This document shows, piece by piece, positions 1-10,102 of a stretch of 32,000 nt of DNA. Under the pieces are notes generated by a model. It was given only the letters and a program-made list of their open reading frames with translations. It was not told the DNA's origin and searched no databases. The stretch is from Promethearchaeota archaeon. GTDB lineage: Archaea; Asgardarchaeota; Lokiarchaeia; Sigyniarchaeales; SOKP01. Where the stretch lies: the NCBI GenBank assembly GCA_030606485.1, contig JAUWGH010000001.1, positions 450,001-482,000 of the forward strand, given 5' to 3'. Numbering within the stretch: position 1 is the first letter of the stretch; each line of letters starts with the position of its first letter. The translations under genes were made by a program, and so were the position numbers.

Positions 1-1
1 A

Positions 2-976
2 TTAAAATTTAGACATTTAGCGAAAATTGTAGGAATAGATTGTCGATTTTTTTTTAAAAATATAGATTACGGAAATTTCGGTGATATAAACTCAAATGGT
101 AAAATTCCACTCAATTTTCTTGAAAAACTTAGAGATAACATTGATACTTTACTTTGGTTTGATACTTCCGATAGCTCAGGCACAACACAATTTGAAGTCC
201 TACCTTATGTTGATCGATATTATAAACGGCAATTGCTTAAAGATAGAATATTATATAGCCGACAATTTTATGAAGATCGGATTTTTGCCGATTTTTATAC
301 AAACTTATATAATTTTAAAAAAAACGATAAACGTATCACCATATATCCACTTGAACTTAAGTATAAAGATAAACTTGGTCTTTCATGGAATCTTGCACTT
401 TTTGACTATAGGGTTAATAATAAACTAACTAGATTTATTAATGGATTTTCTAGAAAGATGGTATTACCATATTCGAATCCAAATAAAAAAAGAAATAAAT
501 TGCTATCTGCACGTTTTGGAATTATATATAACATTAAATCCATATCATTTCAGCGAAAATCCCTGATTAAATTTATTAATAGAAAATTTAAAACAAACCC
601 ATATATCTCTACCGGTTTTATTTCCAAGAAGGAATACCTCAAAGAAACTCATTCATCAAAAGCGATACTCAGTCCATTTGGTTGGGGAGAAATCTGTTTA
701 CGTGATTTTGAAACTTTTATTGCTGGTGCTGCATTAATAAAACCTGCGATGGAACATCTTGAAACATGGCCTAATTTCTATCGAAATCAAGAGACTTATA
801 TTTCTATACCATGGAAAATTGAAGAATGGGAATCAAGATTTAATGAGATTTTTGCTAATGAAAAATTACTATTAAAAATTGCGATTAATGGACAAAAGGA
901 ATTCAAATCATTATGGACTAAAAAAGCAAAAGAACAGTTTTGTAATCGCTTTATTAATATGATTTCTCTAAATTAA
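2..976 (+). CDS. Putative glycosyltransferase (GT-B, CgeB/Glyco_trans_1_2-like C-terminus), 5'-truncated by window edge
   Basis: The frame of track ORF 233..976 is open back to position 2 (LKFRHLAK...WFDTSDSSGTTQFEVLPYVDRYYKRQLLKD). C-terminal SKAILSPFGWGEICLRDFETFIAGAALIKP resembles CgeB-like GT-B C-termini. Confidence 0.65.
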   Translation, partial: LKFRHLAKIVGIDCRFFFKNIDYGNFGDINSNGKIPLNFLEKLRDNIDTLLWFDTSDSSGTTQFEVLPYVDRYYKRQLLKDRILYSRQFYEDRIFADFYTNLYNFKKNDKRITIYPLELKYKDKLGLSWNLALFDYRVNNKLTRFINGFSRKMVLPYSNPNKKRNKLLSARFGIIYNIKSISFQRKSLIKFINRKFKTNPYISTGFISKKEYLKETHSSKAILSPFGWGEICLRDFETFIAGAALIKPAMEHLETWPNFYRNQETYISIPWKIEEWESRFNEIFANEKLLLKIAINGQKEFKSLWTKKAKEQFCNRFINMISLN

Positions 977-1139
977 ATTTAAAATTAATCTATTTTAATA
1001 ATGAAAATGAATAAATAAGTTAATATCATTTTATAAAGTACTTTAAACATCAAAAAAGTTAACGATAAGGATAATATTATAATATCGTCCCAATATAAAA
1101 TATGCCAGTTATTATCCTTTTTATTTCGATTAAATCTTG

Positions 1140-1156
1140 ATTCCCAATTTGGGAAT
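1140..1156. promoter_or_regulatory. Perfect palindrome ATTCCCAA-T-TTGGGAAT, candidate operator
   Basis: 8-bp inverted arms with a 1-nt centre in the intergenic region upstream of the FkbM locus. Function is inferred only. Confidence 0.25.
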
Positions 1157-1292
1157 ATCTATTTTATAGATATTTTTATATGTTTATTATTAGATTTAAA
1201 AATGTTAATCTATTAAATATTTATGATAGTATATATAAGATTTAAATTTTTTATTAAATAAAAGAATTTAATACCTAAAGAGAAATTAGTGA

Positions 1293-2080
1293 TCTAATAT
1301 TCTTGTAGATTTAATAAGAAAAATTAAATTAGGTCTTACATCCAAAATTAATCCATTAGCTGCGATTAAAAAGATATATAATTGGCCCACTTACTTTTTA
1401 GATTTTTTTTATCTAATTAAAAAGAATTATATTATTTATCATATGAAAAATGGATTAAAATATTTTGTTAGAGCAAGAACTACTGATCGAGGTTTTATTA
1501 CTTCGATTGAATTAGCTGATGACTATAAATTAAATAAATTATTTTTACCAAAGATTCTATCGTAATAGACATTGGAGCTCATATAGGTATTTTTTCGGTT
1601 TTTATTTCTAGAACAGCGAGTAAAATTTATTCATATGAACCGATTCCAAATAATTTTAAAATGTTATTAAAAAATATCAAGATTAATAATTTAACAGATG
1701 TAATTAAACCTTTTAATTATGCTGTTTTTGATAAGAAAGAAAAAATAAAAATATACATTTCAAAACATAATACTGGTGGCCATTCTATTTATTGTAAAAG
1801 TAATAAGGACATTGAAGTTTTTACTATTACTTTAAAAGAAATATTTGAAAATAATGATATTTCTAAATGCGATCTACTTAAAATTGATACAGAAGGTTCG
1901 GAATATAAAATATTATATGGTTTGCCTAAAAATTATTTCACAAAAATAAAAAGAATCCATTTGGAATATCATGATATAAATAAAGAAAAATACAATCATA
2001 ATTATCTCATGCAATTTTTATTAAAAAATGGATTTAAATTAATTCATGAATTAGGTTATTTATTTGCAGAACATATTTAA
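1293..2080 (+). pseudogene. FkbM-family SAM-dependent methyltransferase split by a 1-nt frameshift
   Basis: One frame is open 1293-1565 (..NWPTYFLDFFYLIKKNYIIYHMKNGLKYFVRARTTDRG..; first ATG 1443; TAA 1563-1565). The second frame carries DSIVIDIGAHIGIFSV..YSYEPIPNNF from 1553 and continues into track ORF 1661..2080 (LLKIDTEGSEY, LEYH). The shift lies in 1538-1563. The true start is uncertain. Confidence 0.85.
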
Positions 2081-2428
2081 TTATGATTTTTGTGCTATCT
2101 TTCAGAAATTAACTAATTTAGTACAAAGAGTAAAAAATTTTTGTGTGTTTTATATGAGTTTAAAAAAAATCTTTATTAATAAAACACAAAGAGAAGGATT
2201 AATCTATGAAGTTGTGGATTTATTTAAATTTAAATTCTGTTACGCAACAAGTCGATTATCAATTATTACAAAATGAGAAGATGTATAAATACATCCATTT
2301 TCTTTAAATTTAAAAATTAACTTTACGTGAATCACTCTCAAAAAAAAATGAGAAATTAATATTCCTAAAATAAAAAAATATTAAATAAGAATAAAATTAG
2401 TAGATATTATTATCGTAGTGCAGTTTTT

Positions 2429-3643
2429 ATGATTCGATTCAATGGTCAAACTATTTTAAAAAAAAAAACTATTCTTATAATAAATCAAACAAGAATAAAA
2501 TCAGTAGATAATATTATCGCAGGGAGCGGGTTTTATGAAATAATTCAATGGGCAAAATATTTTCAAAGAGTGATATTTTTATGTTTTTCAGATGGTAAAC
2601 AATTTCTTTATAAAAAATTAGCAAATAATTTATTATTAATTGTCGCACCGTTTGATCTCTCTGGCTCAATTTTTAAATCTATGGAAAATATAATAAAAAA
2701 CCATTTTCAATTATTACTTATTTTAAAAAAAATCATTAAGATTTTCAAAATTGACCTTATCCGGGCAGAGAATCTATTGATTGCAGGATTACCTGCCTAC
2801 ATAATAAGTAAAATAACAAAGACGCCTTATATTACATGGCTAGTAGGTTTTGAACGAAAAGCACTTGAATCAAAATTTAAAAAAACTGTTTTAATAAAGA
2901 TATTAAAATTTTTTATTGTTATTTTAGAACATATTATTTTAAAAAATTCAAATTTTGTATTCGCTATATCTGAAGAATTAATGGAATTAACAAAACATAG
3001 AAATGCTCAAAATACCATTTTAAGCTCCAATTTTATCAATTTAAATTATTTTCCTCAAAAAAAATTTCAAGATTTTGATTCCTCGAAACCTAAAAAATTC
3101 AAATTACTTTATATTGGAAGATTGGAAAAGGAGAAAGGAATCGAGATTTTGATGAGAGCAATAAATATTATTTTGAAAAAAGGAATTAATTTGGAATTAA
3201 ATATAGTTGGTGCAGGTTCACTAAAAAAGTGGAGCGTTGATTATTGTAAGAGTAATAAGATTCAAGAAAAAGTTAAATTTTTAGGTAGGTTTGATTATTT
3301 CGAATTAACAAAAATATATCAAAATGCTGATATTTTCATTTTACCCTCATATACAGAAGGAATGCCCGCATCTTTAATGGAAGCAATGGCATCGGGTTGT
3401 GCATGTATAAGTACTAATGTAGGAATGGTACAGAAATTAGTTAAAGATGGGGAGAATGGAATCTTAATAGAACCTGGAAATCCTCAAATTTTAGCTAATG
3501 CAATTGAAAAATTAGTTTCAGATCCTGAAAAAATACTGAAATATGGAGAAGAGGGGCGTGAAATTATTAAAAAATTTACAAAAAATTATATAAAACTTCA
3601 TGGTACAATATATTCTAAAATAATTAGTATGAATAATAAATAA
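2429..3643 (+). CDS. GT4 family glycosyltransferase
   Basis: LLYIGRLEKEKG, ADIFILPSYTEGMPASLMEAMASG (EX7E), STNVG, ENGILIEP. Confidence 0.92.
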   Translation: MIRFNGQTILKKKTILIINQTRIKSVDNIIAGSGFYEIIQWAKYFQRVIFLCFSDGKQFLYKKLANNLLLIVAPFDLSGSIFKSMENIIKNHFQLLLILKKIIKIFKIDLIRAENLLIAGLPAYIISKITKTPYITWLVGFERKALESKFKKTVLIKILKFFIVILEHIILKNSNFVFAISEELMELTKHRNAQNTILSSNFINLNYFPQKKFQDFDSSKPKKFKLLYIGRLEKEKGIEILMRAINIILKKGINLELNIVGAGSLKKWSVDYCKSNKIQEKVKFLGRFDYFELTKIYQNADIFILPSYTEGMPASLMEAMASGCACISTNVGMVQKLVKDGENGILIEPGNPQILANAIEKLVSDPEKILKYGEEGREIIKKFTKNYIKLHGTIYSKIISMNNK

Positions 3644-3728
3644 ACTATAAGGTCGAGGTTTTAAATTAATAATAAGAATCAATTGATATTTAATAAATTT
3701 TAAAATTTAATCTTAGAAATGATTTTTA

Positions 3729-4727
3729 ATGAATCTAAAAAATAAAAATGTTCTTGTTACTGGTGCCGATGGGTTTATAGGTAGTCATCTTGTGGAAGGA
3801 TTAATAAAAGAAGAATGCAATGTAAGAGCATTTGTTTTTTATAACTTTTTAAATTCATGGGGCTGGTTGGATACATTATCTAAAGAAAAAATTGATAAAA
3901 TTGATATATTCACAGGTGATGTTCGAGATCCTAATGGTGTAAGGCAATCAATTAATCATATTGATATAGTTTTTCATCTTGCTGCGTTAATTGCAATCCC
4001 TTATAGTTATCACTCTCCCGATACTTATGTTGATACAAATATCAAAGGAACTTTAAATATTTTACAAGCTGGGCGAGCCTTAAAATGTGAAAAAATTTTA
4101 ATAACTTCAACATCTGAAGTTTATGGAACAGCAAAATACGTTCCTATTGATGAAACCCACCCTTTCCAAGGTCAATCACCATACTCCGCGACTAAAATTG
4201 GTGCTGATCGAATTGCTGAATCGTTTTATCGAAGTTTTAACACACCGATCTCAATTGTCAGACCCTTTAACACCTATGGACCTAGACAGTCAGCACGAGC
4301 AGTTATTCCAACAATTATTACTCAACTTTTATTAGGAAAAAATGAAATCAAACTTGGTTCTCTTCATCCAACAAGAGATTTCGTATTTGTCGAAGATACT
4401 GTCAATGGCTTTATTGAAATTGCGAAATCAGACAAAACAATTGGAGAAGAAATCAATATTGCCACACAACAAGAGATTTCTATTGGTGATCTTACAAGGT
4501 TAATAATCAAATTATTAAACTCAAATGCAAAAATAATAACTGATCCTATAAGGATACGTCCCAAAAAGAGTGAAGTTGAAAGATTATTAGGAGATAATGA
4601 AAAAATCAAGAGATTAACCAATTGGAAACAAAATTATTCCTTAGAAAAAGGCTTAAAAGCAACAATTAAATGGTTTAAAGATAAAAATAATTTGAAACAA
4701 TACAAAAGTGATATTTTTAATTTATAG
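3729..4727 (+). CDS. legB: LegB-like NAD-dependent nucleotide-sugar 4,6-dehydratase (extended SDR)
   Basis: VTGADGFIGSHL, NSWGWLD, FHLAALIAIPYSYHSP, TSTSEVYG, YSATK, RPFNTYGPRQSARAVIP and RIRPKKSEVERL are typical of the LegB subfamily. The substrate in this locus is not proven. Confidence 0.8.
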   Translation: MNLKNKNVLVTGADGFIGSHLVEGLIKEECNVRAFVFYNFLNSWGWLDTLSKEKIDKIDIFTGDVRDPNGVRQSINHIDIVFHLAALIAIPYSYHSPDTYVDTNIKGTLNILQAGRALKCEKILITSTSEVYGTAKYVPIDETHPFQGQSPYSATKIGADRIAESFYRSFNTPISIVRPFNTYGPRQSARAVIPTIITQLLLGKNEIKLGSLHPTRDFVFVEDTVNGFIEIAKSDKTIGEEINIATQQEISIGDLTRLIIKLLNSNAKIITDPIRIRPKKSEVERLLGDNEKIKRLTNWKQNYSLEKGLKATIKWFKDKNNLKQYKSDIFNL

Positions 4728-4731
4728 GAGG
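4727..4731 (+). promoter_or_regulatory. Shine-Dalgarno-like GGAGG
   Basis: GGAGG lies 7 nt before ATG 4739 and overlaps the TAG of the upstream gene. Confidence 0.55.
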
Positions 4732-4738
4732 AAACATA

Positions 4739-5446
4739 ATGCAAGCAATTATTCTTGCTGGAGGGAAAGGTTCTCGTCTAAAGCCCTTTACCAAAATTAT
4801 TCCAAAACCACTTGTTCCAATCTCAGATGATTTATCAATTTTAGAAGTTGTTTTAAGACAACTGAAACATTATGGTTTTTCTGATATAATTCTTGCTGTA
4901 AGTCATATGTCTAAATTAATCATGGCATTCTTCCAAAATGGAGAAAAATTGGGGCTTAGCATTACTTATTCATTGGAAGATAAAATATTGGGAACAGCTG
5001 GTCCCATTGCTTTGATAAATAATTTGGAAGAAAACTTTCTTGTAATGAATGGTGATTTATTAACAACAATCAATTATAAAAGTTTTTATGATTATCATAT
5101 TAAAAACAATAGCGATCTTACAATTTCACTCTATCAAAAAGAAGTAATAATTGATTTAGGGGTAGTTGAAACAGAAAATTATGAATTCAAAAATTATATT
5201 GAAAAACCAACATATGTTTTTGACGTCAGTATGGGTATTTATGTTATGAACAAAAATATCGTTGATTTAATTCCAAAAAATGAAAAGATGGATTTACCAG
5301 AATTGGTTCTTAAAACTCAAAAATTTAAAAAGAAAATAAAATGTTATAAGGGAGATTATTACTGGTTAGATATTGGGAGAGTTGATGATTACGAAGAAGC
5401 AGTTGAAATTTTTAAAAAGAAAAGATCTCAGTTCCTGCCAGAGTAA
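4739..5446 (+). CDS. Sugar-1-phosphate nucleotidyltransferase (PtmE-like catalytic domain, no CBS domains)
   Basis: AIILAGGKGSRL, PKPLVP, LGTAG, VMNGDLLT, IEKP, YWLDIGRVDDY. Confidence 0.88.
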   Translation: MQAIILAGGKGSRLKPFTKIIPKPLVPISDDLSILEVVLRQLKHYGFSDIILAVSHMSKLIMAFFQNGEKLGLSITYSLEDKILGTAGPIALINNLEENFLVMNGDLLTTINYKSFYDYHIKNNSDLTISLYQKEVIIDLGVVETENYEFKNYIEKPTYVFDVSMGIYVMNKNIVDLIPKNEKMDLPELVLKTQKFKKKIKCYKGDYYWLDIGRVDDYEEAVEIFKKKRSQFLPE

Positions 5447-5488
5447 TTCTAATAATCTTTTGCAATATGATCAATCCGTGAGTTTAGT

Positions 5489-6394
5489 ATGAATAAAGTG
5501 TTAATTCTTGGTATAAATGGATTTACAGGCAAACATCTTCAAAAATATATAAAAAAACATAATCTAATGGAGAAATATTTATTTGTTGGTATTGATAAAT
5601 ATATTGAAAATAAAATTATCAAAATGAAATATATCCAACAAGACATATTGGATTATCAACAACTCCAAAAAATAATCTCATCTGAGAAACCAAATTTTAT
5701 AATCAATTTAATTGGATTATTTAAAGCAACTGAACCAGAATTAATTTTAAAAACAAATGCCGAAATTAGCAGATATCTCTTTGATATTATAATAAAAATG
5801 GATTTTTCTGTTAAAAAAATATTATTAATCGGATCTGCTGCAGAATATGGAAGATTTAAAAAATTACCTATTAAAGAAAGTAATGAATTAAATCCGGTTA
5901 ATTCATATGGATTAGCAAAAGTAATTCAAACCGAGTATGCAAAATATTATTATAGAAATTACAAAATCAATGTAAATATAGCAAGAACATTTAACATTTT
6001 AGGTCCTGGCATTTCTAAATCCCTTTCAATTGGTGCTTTTATAAATCAAATTAAAAAGTCAAATAAAGGAGATAATATTTATGTAGGAAATCTTTACACT
6101 AAACGGGATTTTCTGGATATAAATGATGTTGTTGATGCATATTGGAAAATTTTAATTCATGGTAAAAACGGAGAGGTTTATAACGTTTGCAGTGGAAAAT
6201 CATATTATATAATGGATATTCTTAAGTTCCTAATTGAAAATGAAAAGAAAGAACTGAATATCGTTGTCAAAAAAGAATATGTAAAAAAAAATGATATTTT
6301 AGATAGTTATGGTGATAATTCGAAATTAAAAAATGACCTTGGATGGGAAATGAAATACAATATTTTTGATTCATTAAAAAAAATGCTAAATTAA
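5489..6394 (+). CDS. Rmd-like NDP-4-keto-6-deoxy-sugar reductase (extended SDR)
   Basis: LGINGFTGKHL, IGSAAEYG, SYGLAK (YxxxK), ARTFNILGPG, VGNLYTKRDFLDINDVVDAY, VYNVCSG. Confidence 0.75.
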   Translation: MNKVLILGINGFTGKHLQKYIKKHNLMEKYLFVGIDKYIENKIIKMKYIQQDILDYQQLQKIISSEKPNFIINLIGLFKATEPELILKTNAEISRYLFDIIIKMDFSVKKILLIGSAAEYGRFKKLPIKESNELNPVNSYGLAKVIQTEYAKYYYRNYKINVNIARTFNILGPGISKSLSIGAFINQIKKSNKGDNIYVGNLYTKRDFLDINDVVDAYWKILIHGKNGEVYNVCSGKSYYIMDILKFLIENEKKELNIVVKKEYVKKNDILDSYGDNSKLKNDLGWEMKYNIFDSLKKMLN

Positions 6395-6396
6395 TA

Positions 6397-6555
6397 ATGA
6401 AATATGCAAAAATCTCTAGTAAATTTTATCGTTTGGATTATTTGTTTTTTGAGGATTCAGATAATCTTGATATTATATTTAAAATAAATCGGCAAATAAT
6501 TAATATAAGTGAATTTATTATTTTACAACTTTTAATAAAAAGAGATATCTACTAA
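6397..6555 (+). CDS. Possible 52-aa ORF or gene remnant
   Basis: ATG 2 nt after the reductase stop, open for 52 codons (MKYAKISSKFYRLDYLFFEDSD..). No recognisable motif. Confidence 0.2.
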   Translation: MKYAKISSKFYRLDYLFFEDSDNLDIIFKINRQIINISEFIILQLLIKRDIY

Positions 6556-6733
6556 AAGAATAATATTTAAGATTTTTAGATAAAACATAAGAATTAAATG
6601 AAAAAATTATTAAAAATCAGTGAGTGAAATTTATGATTGTTTAACTAACGGGAATTTAAATCTATTTATTAAATTATTAATTATAAGATATATTAAAAAA
6701 TTATGAAATCCAAAAATCAACAATTTTAAATAT

Positions 6734-9700
6734 TTAAATAGGTGCATAATAGACTGAAAAACCTTGATATTCATATAATTTCGTGTTAAAAAATTTTGAT
6801 ATTAAATCATCTTGAATATTTATTTTTCCAGCTTCGCTATTAAACAAAGTTTCTTCTTCAGAAAGAATGAGATATCGAATATTTTCTCGTTCTAAATAAT
6901 TAATTACCGTTGGTCCTAAAAAAATACAATTTTCTACATTGAAATCTGGCTCCCAAGAAAAATTAAATGCATCAAAATAAAAATCCCATCCAGAACAAAT
7001 CGTGCTTGAGAGAAATCTCATACCATCTATTTGAGAAACATTATTCCAGAAAATAAAATCACCATATTTTATATCATCAATAAAGAAATTCCATTTGTAT
7101 TGGTTTAATCCATTATATCCTCCAATAGAACATTCAAAGTCAATCCTAATATGATACCATGTGTTATTTTGTATATCTATGATTTTTTGATATTTATTGC
7201 CATTATAACTATAAATTGCACTCGAAATATTAAGTATAATTGGATTTTTTAAGCTCGAATAATCTAAATATTCTATACAAAAAAAGTTCGATACATCCAT
7301 AGTTCTAATGTAAAAATTAATAGTTCCATATTTCTGAGCAGAATCAAATTTAAATTGGAATTTTATTGAACCTGTTTTATTCTGATCTTCACATTTCAAA
7401 ACATTACAATGTCCATCTAATTCATCAATTATCCCAATCTTACAATTAAAATCACTTTCATTAATGAATTCCCAATCCCAACAATCTTTTTCCTGTAATG
7501 CAGTTTCAATTATTTTATTAATATAATATGCATTACAATCTGTCATATACTCTAACATCCTTTTTTTATCACTAGACCTAGATAAAAACGAACAATCAAT
7601 TGAAATATTAGACCGACGTGGAATATGTTCCGATATCCAACCTACTACTTGAGCTTCAGAATCTGAATAACCTCCAAAACCACTTTTATAAGAACATGCC
7701 CAATACATTCCTCCCAAAATAAAACTCGAAAATGATAAAACAATAAATATTGAGACTGATGAAAAATCAAAAATGTGTCTTAATTTTTTTCTTTTTATTA
7801 AAAGCCTACTATTTTTAAGTTTTTTCGTTAGTTTTATTAAGCCTATTGAAGCCATAATAGAAAAGGCTGGTATAGAATAAAACCAAATTCTATCAAACCA
7901 ATAAGTCATCAATAGATAGTCATATCCAGGTATTTCTTGAGGTATAGCAAAAGGATAATCTAAGAAAAATAATTTAAAAATAAGAATAGATGCTAATCCC
8001 AATGAAAAAAGAATCCATGATATTAAAACATAAAATAATTTTTTATTTTTTTTAAAACAAAAATAAGATAGATTTACAGCTAAAATACCAATAAATCCAA
8101 TATTTGTAAAGATTAACTCTATGTAAAATATTAAAAAATCTTTATTACTTAAATTATAATCAAGAAAAATTTTTTCTAGTATAATATTATATATTTCTAT
8201 TATTAAAAAGATAGAAAAAATAGTTAAAATAAATATAAAAATATTTTTTGCACTAGTTTTTATTCTCAACCTTTTTTTTAATTCAGAAACTTTTATCCAC
8301 AAAAAATTTTTTCTATATTGAGACTTTTTTTTTATATGGAAATATTTATCATATAATCTTTGAAGAATTATATAAAAAATGAAAACTCCCCCTAACACTG
8401 AATATATTAAAAAAGCCCTTATATTTTTTGGTATATCCAGTAAATTTGGAAAGAATCTAAAAAACTTATTAAGTTCTATTAAAAAGATATTACTTAAATA
8501 GAAGTATGTTAATAAATCAAAAAGAATTAAGAATAAAAAAATTAAAAATATAAAAAGAAAAAAAATCTGAATTTTTTTTTTTATTTTTTCTGAAAACAAA
8601 CAATAAAGGAGAATTAGATATAACCCTGCCATAAAAGGGAGTAAATAAATCATATAACTATGAATTAAAAAAAGAGCTCCAAGAATTAAAATTTTAAAAT
8701 CTTCAGTTTTTAACATTTGTTTGGTTTTAATTATTTTATTTGTATTAAATATAATAAAAAATAATGCTAATGAAGAAAATAATAAAAAATAACTATAGCT
8801 TTTATACCGAAAGAAAAAAACAAAGTCTTGTATTAAGGGTGACGTGTTTTCCAATCCTAAACCAGAGGTATAAAATAAACTTGAAAATGTTACCCCTAAA
8901 ATTGTGGATAAAATGATATATTTTTCTTTAAAATTATATAAAATAGCCTTTATAAACAAATATACAGAGGTTATAGATAAATAACAAAAAGGAGCTAACA
9001 TTGCATTAATATTAATATAAGGAAAACCACATAGAGCGCTTAAAGCGAAAGAATTATAACCCCAAAATAATAGATAATCATATTTTCTTTCAACTGGACT
9101 TGGATCTAAGGATCCAATATATTTGGCGGGACTTATACCAATCCAACTGTCCGAACCAACAAGATATTTTGCATTAATTTGAATTCCTAGAGAAATTAAT
9201 AGAATTCCTAATGCTACAACCAATATAATTAATGTATATTTCGAGATAGTGATTTCCACAATTTTTTCATCAATATTACCATTTCTCATCTTTTGAATAA
9301 TTAAATCAGAAAAAAATAAACCTAAAATTAATAAAAATAAAATTATTGTAATAGAATCTCTCAGAAATCCAATTTGGTCGAGTATTAAAACAGATGTACC
9401 TAAAAAAATAAGTGATAGAAGGGGATAAAGAGTAATTTTTATAATAAAAGGCTCGACTTTAAAGCGTTCATGAAGTGTATTTTTAGGAAAAAAAATTTTG
9501 AATAAGTTAGCTCCTGGAAGAAATAAACAACCAATCAAAAAAGAAATCGCTCTAAAATAATTAAGGATTCCAACTTGATTCCAATCAACAACAGTTGTCG
9601 TAAAGGAGATAGGAGGAATAAAAATGGTTATGCTCATAATTATCATGAGAATAATTTTAATAGAATTTTCCGACAAAAATCTAAATTTAAATAATATTTT

Positions 9701-9916
9701 ATTCTCATTATCGAGTTCAAAAATCATAAATGAGAAAAAAACAACGATAATTATTGCAAACCCTATGTATAAAAGAAATGGCATTCTATCGAAATAATTA
9801 AGGGGTTTAATGTATATTTGAGTTAAAAATAGTAAAAAGGCAACAATAAATACAAAAATAAAGAAAAAAATGATGGATTTTTGAAGAATGCTTCTATTTT
9901 CTCTCAATTTTAGCAT
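6734..9916 (-). CDS. Polytopic membrane protein, putative GT-C glycosyltransferase with an inserted beta-sandwich (ConA/LamG-like) module
   Basis: Many TM segments; LFLPG N-terminal motif; loop Asp (GSDSW); late Arg (FDRIWFY); extracytoplasmic domain starting VGWISEHIPRRS and ending NIRYLILS; beta-rich insert (DELDGHCNVL..WYHIRIDFEC..YFDAFNFSW). Confidence 0.6.
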   Translation of the reverse strand: MLKLRENRSILQKSIIFFFIFVFIVAFLLFLTQIYIKPLNYFDRMPFLLYIGFAIIIVVFFSFMIFELDNENKILFKFRFLSENSIKIILMIIMSITIFIPPISFTTTVVDWNQVGILNYFRAISFLIGCLFLPGANLFKIFFPKNTLHERFKVEPFIIKITLYPLLSLIFLGTSVLILDQIGFLRDSITIILFLLILGLFFSDLIIQKMRNGNIDEKIVEITISKYTLIILVVALGILLISLGIQINAKYLVGSDSWIGISPAKYIGSLDPSPVERKYDYLLFWGYNSFALSALCGFPYININAMLAPFCYLSITSVYLFIKAILYNFKEKYIILSTILGVTFSSLFYTSGLGLENTSPLIQDFVFFFRYKSYSYFLLFSSLALFFIIFNTNKIIKTKQMLKTEDFKILILGALFLIHSYMIYLLPFMAGLYLILLYCLFSEKIKKKIQIFFLFIFLIFLFLILFDLLTYFYLSNIFLIELNKFFRFFPNLLDIPKNIRAFLIYSVLGGVFIFYIILQRLYDKYFHIKKKSQYRKNFLWIKVSELKKRLRIKTSAKNIFIFILTIFSIFLIIEIYNIILEKIFLDYNLSNKDFLIFYIELIFTNIGFIGILAVNLSYFCFKKNKKLFYVLISWILFSLGLASILIFKLFFLDYPFAIPQEIPGYDYLLMTYWFDRIWFYSIPAFSIMASIGLIKLTKKLKNSRLLIKRKKLRHIFDFSSVSIFIVLSFSSFILGGMYWACSYKSGFGGYSDSEAQVVGWISEHIPRRSNISIDCSFLSRSSDKKRMLEYMTDCNAYYINKIIETALQEKDCWDWEFINESDFNCKIGIIDELDGHCNVLKCEDQNKTGSIKFQFKFDSAQKYGTINFYIRTMDVSNFFCIEYLDYSSLKNPIILNISSAIYSYNGNKYQKIIDIQNNTWYHIRIDFECSIGGYNGLNQYKWNFFIDDIKYGDFIFWNNVSQIDGMRFLSSTICSGWDFYFDAFNFSWEPDFNVENCIFLGPTVINYLERENIRYLILSEEETLFNSEAGKINIQDDLISKFFNTKLYEYQGFSVYYAPI

Positions 9917-9948
9917 TTTTTAAGTTAATTTTGTATAATTTAATAATC

Positions 9949-10076
9949 TCTTTTATTTCTAAAATTTTATTTCAATTTTAAAAACATACATTTTATTTGA
10001 ATGAAAATCCTTCTATAAGAGAATCTCTATGTCTTTTTAATTTTAACAAATCCAATAGGAAAATTAAATCATTTTT
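9949..10076 (-). repeat. Relic of flippase 3' end plus downstream UTR; direct repeat of 15362-15490
   Basis: About 128 bp with 6 mismatches and 1 indel versus 15362-15490. It translates KNDLIFLLDLLKLKRHRDSLIEGFSFK* versus flippase KNDLIFLLDLLKLKRYRDSLIEEFSFK*. Confidence 0.92.
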
Positions 10077-10102
10077 TATTCACTTCTAATATGACAAATT
10101 TC

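Noticed and set aside
96-428. 110-aa track ORF
   Set aside because: Alternative frame overlapping the motif-bearing glycosyltransferase.
1538-1565. Programmed -1 ribosomal frameshift in FkbM
   Set aside because: No canonical X-XXY-YYZ heptamer (only T5 and A3 runs) and no evident downstream structure.
2064-2276. 70-aa track ORF
   Set aside because: Overlaps the FkbM end, has no motif and looks like a chance AT-rich frame.
2280-2353. Small inverted repeats GATGTAT-AA-ATACATC and TCTCA-A8-TGAGA
   Set aside because: Short and AT-rich, expected by chance.
4123-4621. Track ORFs 4123..4335 (+) and 4364..4621 (-)
   Set aside because: Shadow frames inside the LegB-like gene.
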